DNA from: Tubiluchus corallicola
Taxonomy: Eukaryota; Animalia; Priapulida
Length of the DNA stretch: 64,000 bases
Reading direction: 5' to 3'
Assembly: GCA_030141605.1 (NCBI GenBank)
Contig: JAQGDQ010000685.1
Span: 1 to 64,000 of the forward strand
Under the pieces are notes generated by a model that was not told where the DNA came from, made no database searches, and saw nothing but the letters and a program-made list of their open reading frames with translations. This document shows positions 63,981 to 64,000 of the stretch, piece by piece. A program made the translations under genes and the position numbers. The stretch's first letter is position 1. Each line of letters begins with the position of its first letter.

Positions 63981-64000
63981 CAATTGTGTACTATCTACAG

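Overview
AT-rich, intron-rich, repeat-dense animal (invertebrate metazoan) genomic DNA; the taxon cannot be named from sequence alone. I rebuilt four spliced genes by hand with GT-AG boundaries and consistent codon phase. (1) A secreted hemocytin/hemolectin-like (vWF/mucin family) gene on the minus strand has 12 exons from the ATG at 22336 down to 1434, where it runs into a fold-back inversion at the window start. (2) Mediator subunit MED30 lies on the minus strand (37413-25621). (3) A complete mitochondrial alternative oxidase (AOX) lies on the plus strand (43938-55456, 334 aa). (4) The 3' exons of an unidentified gene lie on the minus strand (63452-56987). Introns hold hAT-, piggyBac- and Tc1/mariner-type MITEs, LINE/Penelope remnants, a tRNA-derived SINE, a degenerate 28S rRNA fragment and many minisatellites. 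Nearly all long ORFs in the supplied track are repeat artefacts. The most unusual pattern is tandem arrays whose units contain the gene's own splice site plus adjacent exon bases, seen at four junctions in three genes. Two inverted MITE copies also bracket the in-frame 417-nt AOX core exon block.
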